Below the pieces are notes generated by a model. The model had not been told where the DNA came from. It did not search any database and saw only the letters and a program-made list of their open reading frames with translations. Shown in pieces: positions 1 through 9,370 of a stretch of DNA of 64,000 nt. The stretch is from a bacterium. GTDB taxonomy: Bacteria > Patescibacteriota > Minisyncoccia > Phycocordibacterales > JAKAEA01. Position 1 is the stretch's first letter. The number at the start of each line of letters is the position of its first letter. The stretch spans positions 31,882-95,881 of the forward strand of contig JAKAEA010000002.1 of assembly GCA_021818465.1 (NCBI GenBank), given 5' to 3'. Position numbers and translations under genes: made by a program.

Positions 1-1
1 C

Positions 2-1291
2 GTACGACGAGTTAGGTGGGCGACGATGATCGCATGTTCGTCCGGAATAATAGCGACATGCAGCATTTCGTTCAGCGGTGTAGGTACCCGCCGACGCACC
101 AAGATCGCCAAGAAAAATAGCGGAAGCAACAAAGGCTGTTTTGGGATCCCAAGGATTAGGCATACCGGTAGTGCCGAGCGCAGCGTTAATTTTCGGTTGC
201 ATTAATAGCCAGGTTGAAGGAATAAATTGCGCCGGTCCCATCGCCCCACCATAGCCACCACTTGCTTGTGGGCACGAAAGCGGCTGTGTAGCTGGATTAA
301 GACCGAGCGCTGAAGTAATTTGCAAATATGCCGGTTGATTTGCTCTAGACATAATAGATTGCCACTGTTTATAGGCTGGTTGACCGGGGCGATTGCACGT
401 GCCAACATTTTTTCCAAGGTTTGTCTCTTGAGTTAAGATGGCTAAAAGAAATGCTGGATCAACACCTGTTAATTGCTGTGCTGCTTGTGCATACTCAAGC
501 GCTGTACCAAAAGTAATTTGCGAAGTGGTCTGCAACAAGGAGAATAGTGCCTGCCGAATAGCATTTGCTTTCACTTGCTGCTCGGCGATAACACTCTTAT
601 AGTCGGCTTGCTGTTGTTTACTCAAACCCAAAAGGTGCGCTTTTTGATTTTCGTTTGCTTTCACTTGCTGCTCTTCTTGTTGAATTGCCGCTTGGGCATT
701 TTGCTCTTGGATTTGTTGCTGTGTCAGATTCTGCTTAGCGGTTTCTGTATTAGTTTGCGACTGTTGAATAGAGGCGAGTGTTATTTGAATTGATTGTTTA
801 AGTGAACTGAACGTGTCTAAATCTGAGAAAAAATTTGAAATACTTTGACCACTCAATATTACATCGGCCAGAGAAAATGAATCGAGTTGATTGGTTTCGC
901 GAATCAACTGCGCTAGCGATTGTTGGGTAGTGTTCACTTGAGCAGAAAGATCATTAATCGTTTGATTTTTTTGATCAATTTGCGTACCAAGTTGTTGAAT
1001 AGCGAGCTGGTGCGCCTTGATAGAAAGTTGCTCTTCTTTAATTTTATCGTTAAGAATATTGATATCTCGCTGCAGGGTTTGCCCTTTTTGTTGCTCGGTA
1101 ATTAGTGCTTGTTGCTGTTGGGCAATTTGGGCCAATACTTGCGAAAGTTCCGCTTGCAAAGCGGCTTGTTGAGCAGCTTTAGTAGCACTCGCGGATGATG
1201 AGGTTACTGATTGAGCAACCACCATATCAGGAGCCGCCGCATACAACAGTAACGAGAGTATGAGAGAAAGAGAAACGATTTGTGTCTTCAT
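2..1291 (-). CDS. Secreted coiled-coil protein with C-terminal lytic transglycosylase (SLT_2-like) domain; runs off the window start
   Basis: Not in the ORF track; read manually from ATG at 1291 (MKTQIVSLSLILSLLL..., signal peptide). Long Gln-rich coiled coil, then LLAILTQETNLG and GGAMGPAQFIPSTW transglycosylase motifs. Confidence 0.85.
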   Translation of the reverse strand, partial: MKTQIVSLSLILSLLLYAAAPDMVVAQSVTSSSASATKAAQQAALQAELSQVLAQIAQQQQALITEQQKGQTLQRDINILNDKIKEEQLSIKAHQLAIQQLGTQIDQKNQTINDLSAQVNTTQQSLAQLIRETNQLDSFSLADVILSGQSISNFFSDLDTFSSLKQSIQITLASIQQSQTNTETAKQNLTQQQIQEQNAQAAIQQEEQQVKANENQKAHLLGLSKQQQADYKSVIAEQQVKANAIRQALFSLLQTTSQITFGTALEYAQAAQQLTGVDPAFLLAILTQETNLGKNVGTCNRPGQPAYKQWQSIMSRANQPAYLQITSALGLNPATQPLSCPQASGGYGGAMGPAQFIPSTWLLMQPKINAALGTTGMPNPWDPKTAFVASAIFLGDLGASAGTYTAERNAACRYYSGRTCDHRRPPNSSY

Positions 1292-1298
1292 AGAAATA

Positions 1299-1326
1299 AA
1301 AATCCTGCGGCACAACCGCAAGATTT
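1299..1326 (-). terminator. Putative intrinsic terminator after rplY
   Basis: Hairpin aaatcctgcgg-cacaa-ccgcaagattt, followed by a U-run on the minus strand. Confidence 0.55.
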
Positions 1327-1358
1327 AGTATACTACAAATCCTGATTTTCCAAATAGA

Positions 1359-2027
1359 TTACTTTTTGTCGCTCGTTTTAGCCTCAGGAGCAGCACCATC
1401 ACCTTCCGCTGGTTCTTCTTTACCTTTGGCACCCACAACCTCAATATCTTCAATAGACTTGGTTGGCTCTTCAACTTCTTCTTTGGTAACTGCAATAGCC
1501 GCACTGACTTCTTCTCCATCAGTCAGCATTTCTACACCAACCGGCAGTGCTATATCTTTTACCAAAATTTGACTGTCTAAAGTAGCGAGCGAGGCAATAT
1601 CAACAGTCAATTCGTGTGGTAAATCTTTAGGGAGCGCTTCAATTTCAACTTCGTGCAATACTTTTACCAGCGTACCACCAAGATCTTTGACTGCCGGCGC
1701 AACGCCAGTAAATACAAGCGGTACAGAAATTTGCAGTTTTTTACCTTTCTCAATAACGTAAAAATCAGCATGGAGTGGTTGGTCACTTACGGGATTGAGT
1801 GCCACATCATGAATAAGCGCTTCGTGTTCTTCACCTTTTGGTCCTTTTAAGAGAATGATGGATGATTCACCTGCGCTCTTCCAAACCTTAGAAAAATCTA
1901 TAGCCGTAAGAGTGACTGGCGTCGATGGCTCTTTCGGCCCATATAAAACCGCAGGCAATGAACCGCTTTTTCGGAGCGCCTCTGGTTTTTTCGTACTATC
2001 GCGACCTGTGTAATGTAACGTCAACAT
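1359..2027 (-). CDS. rplY: 50S ribosomal protein L25 / general stress protein Ctc
   Basis: LPAVLYG, HADFY and PKDLP motifs with an acidic tail; start placed at MLTLHY. Confidence 0.95.
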   Translation of the reverse strand: MLTLHYTGRDSTKKPEALRKSGSLPAVLYGPKEPSTPVTLTAIDFSKVWKSAGESSIILLKGPKGEEHEALIHDVALNPVSDQPLHADFYVIEKGKKLQISVPLVFTGVAPAVKDLGGTLVKVLHEVEIEALPKDLPHELTVDIASLATLDSQILVKDIALPVGVEMLTDGEEVSAAIAVTKEEVEEPTKSIEDIEVVGAKGKEEPAEGDGAAPEAKTSDKK

Positions 2028-2072
2028 AAAAGTAGCAGCAGTATACAAGAACGCGCGAAAAATGCAACCGTT

Positions 2073-2966
2073 CTACACGAGTTTATTGAATAGTTTTAGA
2101 CGTGCACTCACTACCTTTTGCATAGCTTTGAGACCTTCATTGAGATATTTGTACGGCGCAACTTCGTCGGGTTTTTCTTGCAGTGTTAATTCTAGAGCCT
2201 TACGATAGGCTACGCGGATTTCAGTATTGATATGCACAATGGCCATTCCGGCTGTAATTGCGGCAGTAAAATCTTCATCTACCGTACCCGAACCACCGTG
2301 AAGCACGAGTGGTACACCCGCCGTCTGACGAATAGTGGCGATGCGATTAATATCGAGACGGGGATCGTGACCAACTCGCAGCATGCCATGTATATTACCG
2401 ACGGCCGGTGCCAGAAGATCAACGCCGGTTTTTTCGACAAATTCTTTGGCTTTCTCTGGTGACGTCAAACCAACGCCCGATGTGGAAACACCTTCAGGAA
2501 TTGCATCGAGTATTTTTGAAGAAACACCGATATAGCCAAGCTCACCTTCAATGAGAATATCGCGGCCAGTTTTTCGACTCACTTCACGGGCATAATCAAC
2601 ACACTGCTTTGCCTGCCGTACATTTTCCTCAAAAGAAAGCTGCGCACCATCAAAAATCACCGAGTCAAAACCGGCATCAATAGCTGCTTGTACTTTTTCA
2701 AACGAATAGGTGTGGTCACCATTGAGAAAAATCGGGTACTCAAATTCTTCACGGACACTTTTAACGAGAGCCGCCGCCTGCGGCACGCCGATAAAAGCCC
2801 GCTCACCTTCTGAAACACCAATAAGTATTGGGGTTTTTTGTTCCGGCTGTAGTTCCCGAGCCGCCTGAAAAACTGCCCACAAAGCTGTGACATCGGAAAT
2901 ATTAAAGTGACCAATGGCGATTTTTTTCTCGCTCGCTGCGGCGATGTATTCACGTAACGTTTTCAT
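2073..2966 (-). CDS. fba: Class II fructose-bisphosphate aldolase
   Basis: LNGDH, EGELG, AVGNIHG, LVLHGGSG and INTE motifs. Confidence 0.95.
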   Translation of the reverse strand: MKTLREYIAAASEKKIAIGHFNISDVTALWAVFQAARELQPEQKTPILIGVSEGERAFIGVPQAAALVKSVREEFEYPIFLNGDHTYSFEKVQAAIDAGFDSVIFDGAQLSFEENVRQAKQCVDYAREVSRKTGRDILIEGELGYIGVSSKILDAIPEGVSTSGVGLTSPEKAKEFVEKTGVDLLAPAVGNIHGMLRVGHDPRLDINRIATIRQTAGVPLVLHGGSGTVDEDFTAAITAGMAIVHINTEIRVAYRKALELTLQEKPDEVAPYKYLNEGLKAMQKVVSARLKLFNKLV

Positions 2967-3066
2967 ATATACGTAGTATATCACAGCAATATTTAGTCTT
3001 GATTTTCTTGTGGTATACTAAAAATTGTCGGATCTATTTTAATGTTAATCCAATTTATTCTCCCCT

Positions 3067-4107
3067 ATGTTTTCTCAACCATTTGATTTTATAGCCATCG
3101 GTGACACAGTTACCGACGCATTTATCCGCTTGAACGATGCCAGTATTCTGCCCGCCGCTGACGGTGTCACCAAAGAATTGTGTGTTACTTTTGGCGACAA
3201 AGTTCCTTATGAATCTTTGAAAGTTATTGCTGGTGTTGGTAATAGTCCGAACGCTGCCGTTGCCGCTGCTCGTCTTGGCTTGCGTACCGCCATAGTCAGC
3301 GATATTGGCGGTGATACTTATGGCACAGAAATGCTGGCTTCCTATAAAAACAATCGGGTTGATACGCGCTTTGTACACAAGCATCAGAATATGGTTTCTA
3401 ATTATCATTTTGTCCTTTGGTATGGTGTCGAGCGCACCATACTCGTTAAACACGAAACATACCCCTATACATTCAAGAGTGAGCAGCGCACCTTAATTGG
3501 AAAAAATACACCACGCTGGATATATTTAAGTTCACTGGGAAAAAATTCCCTACCATACCATCAAGAAATTGCCGCGTATCTTGCTGCCCATCCATCAGTT
3601 AAACTTGCGTTTCAGCCAGGTACCTTCCAGATGGAATTTGGCACAGCCGCATTGGCAGATATATACAAACACACGGAAATTTTCTTTTGTAACCGTGAAG
3701 AGGCTGCACGTATACTAGGTAAACAAGAAACTGCCGACACAACTGCTCAAGCAAAACAAAATGAGATTTTAGAATTTTCAAAAGGCCTCAAAGCGCTTGG
3801 TCCTAAAACGGTCTGCATTACTGACGGCATTGACGGTGCGTGGGGTTACGACGGCACTGACCTGTGGTTCGTACCTATTTATCCGCATGACCCTTACGAA
3901 CGCACTGGTGCTGGCGACGCCTTCAGCTCAACAGTCACCGTGGCGCTGGCACTGGGAAAACCGTTGCCTGAAGCGCTCAGTTGGGGTCCGGTAAACTCAA
4001 TGTCCGTTGTGCAAAAAATCGGCGCTCAAGAAGGGTTGCTCACTCGCGCCCAACTACTTGATTATCTTGCCAAAGCACCCGTTGATTACAAAGTTAAAAA
4101 AATGTAA
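3067..4107 (+). CDS. PfkB/ribokinase-family carbohydrate kinase
   Basis: GNSPNAAVAAARLG, NREEA and ERTGAGDAF signature motifs. Confidence 0.9.
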   Translation: MFSQPFDFIAIGDTVTDAFIRLNDASILPAADGVTKELCVTFGDKVPYESLKVIAGVGNSPNAAVAAARLGLRTAIVSDIGGDTYGTEMLASYKNNRVDTRFVHKHQNMVSNYHFVLWYGVERTILVKHETYPYTFKSEQRTLIGKNTPRWIYLSSLGKNSLPYHQEIAAYLAAHPSVKLAFQPGTFQMEFGTAALADIYKHTEIFFCNREEAARILGKQETADTTAQAKQNEILEFSKGLKALGPKTVCITDGIDGAWGYDGTDLWFVPIYPHDPYERTGAGDAFSSTVTVALALGKPLPEALSWGPVNSMSVVQKIGAQEGLLTRAQLLDYLAKAPVDYKVKKM

Positions 4108-4152
4108 TAAAAAGTATCTTTTTATTGTGCAAAAATTTTAGATGCTTTAGTT

Positions 4153-5163
4153 TTAGGTGAGAGAATGTTTTCTCTGCAACACGCTGCGCACCGCATCACG
4201 AACACCAGTCACACCCATACCGTAATGCTCGATGAGTTCGGCAGGAGTACCGGACTGGCCAAATTGATTATGAACACCGACAAATTCTATCGGTACCGGC
4301 TGGCCTTTGGCAGCCACGAGCTCGGCTACGGCGCTACCCATGCCGCCAGCGATTTGGTGTTCTTCAACAGTGACGAGCGCACCAGCAGATGCAGCAAGAT
4401 GCAATAAAGCGCGTTCATCAAGTGGTTTGATGGTAGAAAGATTGAGCACGGTGACACCAATTTTTTCTTTTTCCAGCTCGCGCGCTACTTGAAGAGCTTT
4501 GTGCACCAGTGCGCCAGTAGCAATGATACCGACGTCGGGCGTGCGCGTAACAGGCTGCCAAAAAATCTGGGCTTTCCCTATTTCAAACGACGTACTAGCG
4601 GTGGTGATAATTGGTGTCTGCTCACGTGCCAAACGCACGTAAACGGGCGTGTCGGTCTTTGCAACAGCGAGCGTGGCTTTCTTCGCTTCAATAGCATCAC
4701 AAGGCGAAATAACCACCATACGCGGCAGTACACGAGTGATAGCAATATCTTCAATCGCTTGATGTGTACCGCCATCAGGACCAACAGAGACACCCGCGTG
4801 TGAGCCGGCAATTTTAACCGGACGATTGTTGTAACAAATAGTGGTGCGGATTTGTTCCCAATTACGGCCGGGACTAAACATGGCATACGATGCAATAAAA
4901 GGAATTTTTCCCATAGCTGCCATACCACTTGCCGTAGCTGCAAGATTTTGCTCAGCAATACCTATCTCCACAAAGCGCTCAGGAAATTTTTCTTTAAACA
5001 AGTGCATTTGGGCCGACTCAGTAAGATCAGCACATAAGCCAACCACTCGCTCATCAGCCTCACCAGCGGCGAGTAAACCTTCACCAAAACCACGACGAAT
5101 GGGCACCTGCTCCACAGCATCGTCAAAAATTTTCTGATTGAGTTTTACATGCGAGGGTATCAT
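4153..5163 (-). CDS. tkt: Transketolase, C-terminal subunit
   Basis: GIAEQN, GPDGGTHQ and VEEHQ motifs. Confidence 0.93.
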   Translation of the reverse strand: MIPSHVKLNQKIFDDAVEQVPIRRGFGEGLLAAGEADERVVGLCADLTESAQMHLFKEKFPERFVEIGIAEQNLAATASGMAAMGKIPFIASYAMFSPGRNWEQIRTTICYNNRPVKIAGSHAGVSVGPDGGTHQAIEDIAITRVLPRMVVISPCDAIEAKKATLAVAKTDTPVYVRLAREQTPIITTASTSFEIGKAQIFWQPVTRTPDVGIIATGALVHKALQVARELEKEKIGVTVLNLSTIKPLDERALLHLAASAGALVTVEEHQIAGGMGSAVAELVAAKGQPVPIEFVGVHNQFGQSGTPAELIEHYGMGVTGVRDAVRSVLQRKHSLT

Positions 5164-5174
5164 AGACAAGTAGA

Positions 5175-6074
5175 TTATTGATGTTCACTTTGAATGCGAC
5201 CTTGCAGAGTGCGCAATTCAGTAAGTGCCATTTTTGCTTCGACAGCGTTTGGTGGTTTACCATGCCATTCAAATTTTCGTTCAAACTCAACAACGCCTTT
5301 GCCGGGAATAGTGTGGGCAATAATAACCGAGGGTTTATCAAAAATCGCTTTTGCTTGATCCACCGCCGCGACAATGTCCGTAAAGCTATGTCCATCAATT
5401 TCCAAGACGTGCCAATTAAATGCTTCCCACTTGGCGCGTAAATCTTCTAGTGGTAAAACATTTTCAGTATAGCCGTCAATTTGGATATTATTACGATCTA
5501 CAATGGCAATGAGATTGCCTAGTCGCTCACGACCCGCCACCAGCACCGCTTCCCAGTTATTGCCCTCATTTAGTTCGCCATCGCCCAAAAGACAGAAAAA
5601 GAAATGCGACACCACCGCACTCGCATCATCACCATTTTTTTTGCGGTCGATAGCGGCGTTCATCCGGTCAGCGATAGCCATACCAACCGCTTGCGAAAGA
5701 CCTGAACCGAGTGGTCCTGAGCTTGTTTCCAATGCTGGCAAAAAGTCGCGGTGCGGATGACCTTGTAAACGTGAACCAAACTTACGCAACGTGACCAATT
5801 CTGCAATTGGAAAATAACCGGCGTGGGCCATACTAGCATAGAGCACTGGGCAAATGTGACCGTTCGAAAGAATCACCCGATCGCGATCGGGCCAATGGGG
5901 CTGCTTCGGATCATGCTTTAAAATATAAAAATAAAGAGCAGTAAAAATATCTGCCATACCGAGTGGGCCAGCAGTGTGACCGGAACCCGCAGCCAAGAGC
6001 ATTGTAATGATAGATTCGCGAATAGCGTTGGCCTGCAACTCTAATTTTTTGATCGTCGTATCATCAAGGTGCAT
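5175..6074 (-). CDS. tkt: Transketolase, N-terminal (TPP-binding) subunit
   Basis: SGH, LSNGH, LQGHP and GDGELNEG motifs. Confidence 0.93.
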   Translation of the reverse strand: MHLDDTTIKKLELQANAIRESIITMLLAAGSGHTAGPLGMADIFTALYFYILKHDPKQPHWPDRDRVILSNGHICPVLYASMAHAGYFPIAELVTLRKFGSRLQGHPHRDFLPALETSSGPLGSGLSQAVGMAIADRMNAAIDRKKNGDDASAVVSHFFFCLLGDGELNEGNNWEAVLVAGRERLGNLIAIVDRNNIQIDGYTENVLPLEDLRAKWEAFNWHVLEIDGHSFTDIVAAVDQAKAIFDKPSVIIAHTIPGKGVVEFERKFEWHGKPPNAVEAKMALTELRTLQGRIQSEHQ

Positions 6075-6125
6075 TGTTTCATTTTACCATACACAAATAC
6101 TAATCTTAAAAAAACGCGAACAAAA

Positions 6126-6854
6126 TTATACACACGTTTTAAATTTTTCTAGAGCAGCAACAACTGACGTGTGGGCTAATGCTTCAGGAGAACCAAAAAT
6201 TGCTGATCCAATAATAAGGCGCGAGGCACCAGCTTCTACTAATACTCGAGCATGTTCCACATTCACGCCACCATCTACAGTAATAGGAATTTCTGGATGA
6301 GCACTATGAAACGCACGCACCCGATCAAACACCCGATCACCGGCAAATTCTTGCCCTTGATATCCCACTCGCTCAATTCCCATTAATTGAATACCGTTTA
6401 CGTCTTCTAGATACTCGGTTACCACCTCAAGAGGTGTTTCTAGAGCAAGTGCCAAACCAAATTCAAGAAACGTGGCGGCATCGCGGCGACTAGCCAAATG
6501 ACCAATAAGCTCTTTGAGGTGGTGCGGCGTGGCGCTCTCTAGATGCACAATAATTCGTGATGCACCCGCAGCAATCCAATCATCAATGATTGCCGGTGTC
6601 GGTCCCTGCACCATCAAATCAATTTCATAATCAAGTTGCTGCCACTGTGGTAACCCCTCCTGTTGATTAACTATGTTTGCAAAATGTTGGTCGCGGTGCA
6701 GATCTGCTCCTCTATAGGGCCAGCTACGTGACGGTACAAATCGACCATCGCAGACATCGAGCTGAACGAGCGGCACTCGACCAGCGACGAGCGCCACTTT
6801 TTCTTGTATTTCTTTAAAATCAGCCGGCAACATCGCCGGAATAATCTCCACCAT
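6126..6854 (-). CDS. rpe: Ribulose-phosphate 3-epimerase
   Basis: DVCDGRFVP, VDGGVN and GSAIF motifs. Confidence 0.9.
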   Translation of the reverse strand: MVEIIPAMLPADFKEIQEKVALVAGRVPLVQLDVCDGRFVPSRSWPYRGADLHRDQHFANIVNQQEGLPQWQQLDYEIDLMVQGPTPAIIDDWIAAGASRIIVHLESATPHHLKELIGHLASRRDAATFLEFGLALALETPLEVVTEYLEDVNGIQLMGIERVGYQGQEFAGDRVFDRVRAFHSAHPEIPITVDGGVNVEHARVLVEAGASRLIIGSAIFGSPEALAHTSVVAALEKFKTCV

Positions 6855-6866
6855 ATTCGTAGTATA

Positions 6867-7337
6867 TCAAACTCGTGTGCCGTGTTTCCTTTCAATATCA
6901 CGAATTTTTTCAATACGCCGCGCGTGACGTGGTTCGTTGGAAAATGCGGTTGAAAGCCAGATGTCCACAACCCGCTTGGCATCTGCCGGTGTAATAAATT
7001 TTGCACCCAGCGAAAGCACATTGGCATCATTGTGCTCGCGTAGTAGTTGAATAATTTCTTCTGATCCACCATAAAAAACACCGGCGCGCACATTGGCAAA
7101 TTTATTAGCAACCATAGCTTCACCCTGGCCAGACAAACCAATCACAATCCCCCGCGCTTCTGTTGGATTTTTAGCAACTTCTTGCGCGGCAAGGGAAATA
7201 AAATCGGGATAATCATCGTGCGGTTCGAATGTCGCTGGTCCCATATCAGAAACTTCAAAACCGGCGCTCCGCAGATACTCGCCGAGATGTTTTTTGAGGG
7301 TAAAACCCGCATGATCAGAAGCAAGATAAATTTTCAT
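6867..7337 (-). CDS. rpiB: Ribose-5-phosphate isomerase B
   Basis: ASDHAG, DYPDF, REHNDANVL and RHARR motifs. Confidence 0.93.
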   Translation of the reverse strand: MKIYLASDHAGFTLKKHLGEYLRSAGFEVSDMGPATFEPHDDYPDFISLAAQEVAKNPTEARGIVIGLSGQGEAMVANKFANVRAGVFYGGSEEIIQLLREHNDANVLSLGAKFITPADAKRVVDIWLSTAFSNEPRHARRIEKIRDIERKHGTRV

Positions 7338-7383
7338 ATCACTTTATAATACCAACGAAAAAAATGACACATGCGCACAGTAT

Positions 7384-7656
7384 TTACTGCACCGCTGCCG
7401 CTGGTGTTTGTGTTAGCGTCGGCGTAAAGGCGGGCGTATGCGACTGAATTTGCATTTCACCAAGTACCACAAACACAATTGCACCTATAAACATAATAAG
7501 AGCTAGGCCAATAATGATAGCGGTGCCAACATTTTTTGATTTAGCAATATGATACCGAATCAAAAAACGAACAAGTGGAGAAGAGACCGATTCTTCAATA
7601 AGCTTGCGCTCAGTCGGTTTAAATGATTCTTCTTCAAATTGAACACCGGAAGACAT
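7384..7656 (-). CDS. Small single-pass membrane protein
   Basis: 90-aa ORF with one TM helix, filling the gap-rpiB interval. Confidence 0.7.
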   Translation of the reverse strand: MSSGVQFEEESFKPTERKLIEESVSSPLVRFLIRYHIAKSKNVGTAIIIGLALIMFIGAIVFVVLGEMQIQSHTPAFTPTLTQTPAAAVQ

Positions 7657-7670
7657 GGTTAGCTATGTTA

Positions 7671-8705
7671 TTAAAGTTGCTGCGCAGCTCGTATGACGTG
7701 TTCCACTAATGAATGGGTGTACCCCATTTCATTGTCGTACCACGCCATCACCTTCACAAGCGTACCGTCTACAACACGAGTCAAACCCAAGTCGGCAATA
7801 GACGCGTGACTATCACCGACAATATCACTCGAGACTAATGGCTCATCGGTTACAGCAAACGTTTTTTGCCACTGCGGATCAGCTGCTGCTTTTTTCAAAA
7901 TAGCATTAACTTCTTCAACACTCGTCGGCCGTTTGGCAATAAATGTAATATCGGCTATAGAACCAGTAATAACCGGCACACGAATAGAAATGCCATCAAA
8001 TTTACCCTTCAGAGCCGGCACAGCTTTAGTCACAGCAATAGCCGCACCAGTTGATGTCGGTACCAAGTTATGAGCGGCCGCTCGTCCTTCTTTCCAATCA
8101 CCTTTCTTACTCGGCCCATCAACAAGCGCCTGACTTGCCGTATATCCATGTACCGTATTGAGAATCGCTTTTTCAATACCAATTGTTTCGTTTAAAATTT
8201 GAATGACTGGCGAACTAGCATTCGTGGTACATGATGCATTGGAGCTCAACTGACTGGCATCGAGTTCATGCTCGTTAATCCCCATAAGAACGGTCACACC
8301 GGCAACAGCGGATGATGGATCATCTTTGGCGGGCGCACTAATAACAACACGCTTTGCTCCCGCTGAAATATGAGCCGAAGCTTTACCAAAATTAGTAAAG
8401 AAACCAGTGGATTCAATAACAATATCGATATTTAAATCTTTCCACGGCAAAGCCGCTGGATCTTTTTCTGATAGATATGCCACTTCCGTACCGTTTACAA
8501 TAAGAGCCTTCGCGTCATCACGAACCGTAATATCAAGTCCGCTGCGGCCATATGCAGAATCATATTTGAGTAAGTAAGCAATGTTGTGAATGTCTGCTAA
8601 ATCATTCATCGCCACCACCTCAAGTTCGGGTCGGGTGATAGCAACTTTATAAAATGCTCGGCCGATACGGCCAGCGCCATTGATGGCAATGCGTATTTTT
8701 TTCAT
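7671..8705 (-). CDS. gap: Type I glyceraldehyde-3-phosphate dehydrogenase
   Basis: INGAGRIGR, catalytic ASCTTN and WYDNE motifs. Confidence 0.97.
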   Translation of the reverse strand: MKKIRIAINGAGRIGRAFYKVAITRPELEVVAMNDLADIHNIAYLLKYDSAYGRSGLDITVRDDAKALIVNGTEVAYLSEKDPAALPWKDLNIDIVIESTGFFTNFGKASAHISAGAKRVVISAPAKDDPSSAVAGVTVLMGINEHELDASQLSSNASCTTNASSPVIQILNETIGIEKAILNTVHGYTASQALVDGPSKKGDWKEGRAAAHNLVPTSTGAAIAVTKAVPALKGKFDGISIRVPVITGSIADITFIAKRPTSVEEVNAILKKAAADPQWQKTFAVTDEPLVSSDIVGDSHASIADLGLTRVVDGTLVKVMAWYDNEMGYTHSLVEHVIRAAQQL

Positions 8706-8743
8706 ATACGTCTAGTATAGCAAATATTCGAATGATTAAAAAA

Positions 8744-9334
8744 TTAATTTTGAGCAATCAGATTAGGCGGTATGGCAACGTTTGTCCCCACCGTCACGCC
8801 CGTAGCAGCAGCCGTTCCAGCATCTGCCTCAATAACATACATCGCCTGAGAAAAGCTAGTTGGTGCAAATACGGTCGGATAGGTACTTGTTGCCACATTC
8901 TCTTTCATATAGATAACCTTTCCTGTTTTATCAAGCCAAAAAATATCTAGTGGAAAATTCATACCTTTCATCCAAATACCCCAGTTACTCGCCGATGGAA
9001 ATACAAAGAGCATCACGCTATTTGCTGGTAAATTTTGCTGATATGAAAGACCGAGCTCTCGACTAGCTAAACTCGTGACAATGTCAGCAGAAAACACTTT
9101 TCCATTAAGCATCACCGTATTGGGTGCACTCGTAAGAGCTAGTGGAGTGTGCGAACTCTGCGTTGCTGTTGTCCCTGCCGATTGCGTATCTGACGATGCG
9201 GTAAATTGACTATTATCGACAGACGCCGCTTGTATTTTTTGAGCTAAACCATGAAATACCAGCACAAATGTTGGTACAAAAAATCCTAAAAAAACGAGAG
9301 CCGCCACACCACCGAAAAGAAGAGCTTTAATCAT
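8744..9334 (-). CDS. DUF192-family membrane-anchored protein
   Basis: RELGL, MLFVF, IWMKGMNFPLDIFW and YVIE motifs; N-terminal TM helix. Confidence 0.85.
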   Translation of the reverse strand: MIKALLFGGVAALVFLGFFVPTFVLVFHGLAQKIQAASVDNSQFTASSDTQSAGTTATQSSHTPLALTSAPNTVMLNGKVFSADIVTSLASRELGLSYQQNLPANSVMLFVFPSASNWGIWMKGMNFPLDIFWLDKTGKVIYMKENVATSTYPTVFAPTSFSQAMYVIEADAGTAAATGVTVGTNVAIPPNLIAQN

Positions 9335-9370
9335 ATGTGTATTGTGACATAGCCCGCAAGAACGAGCAAT

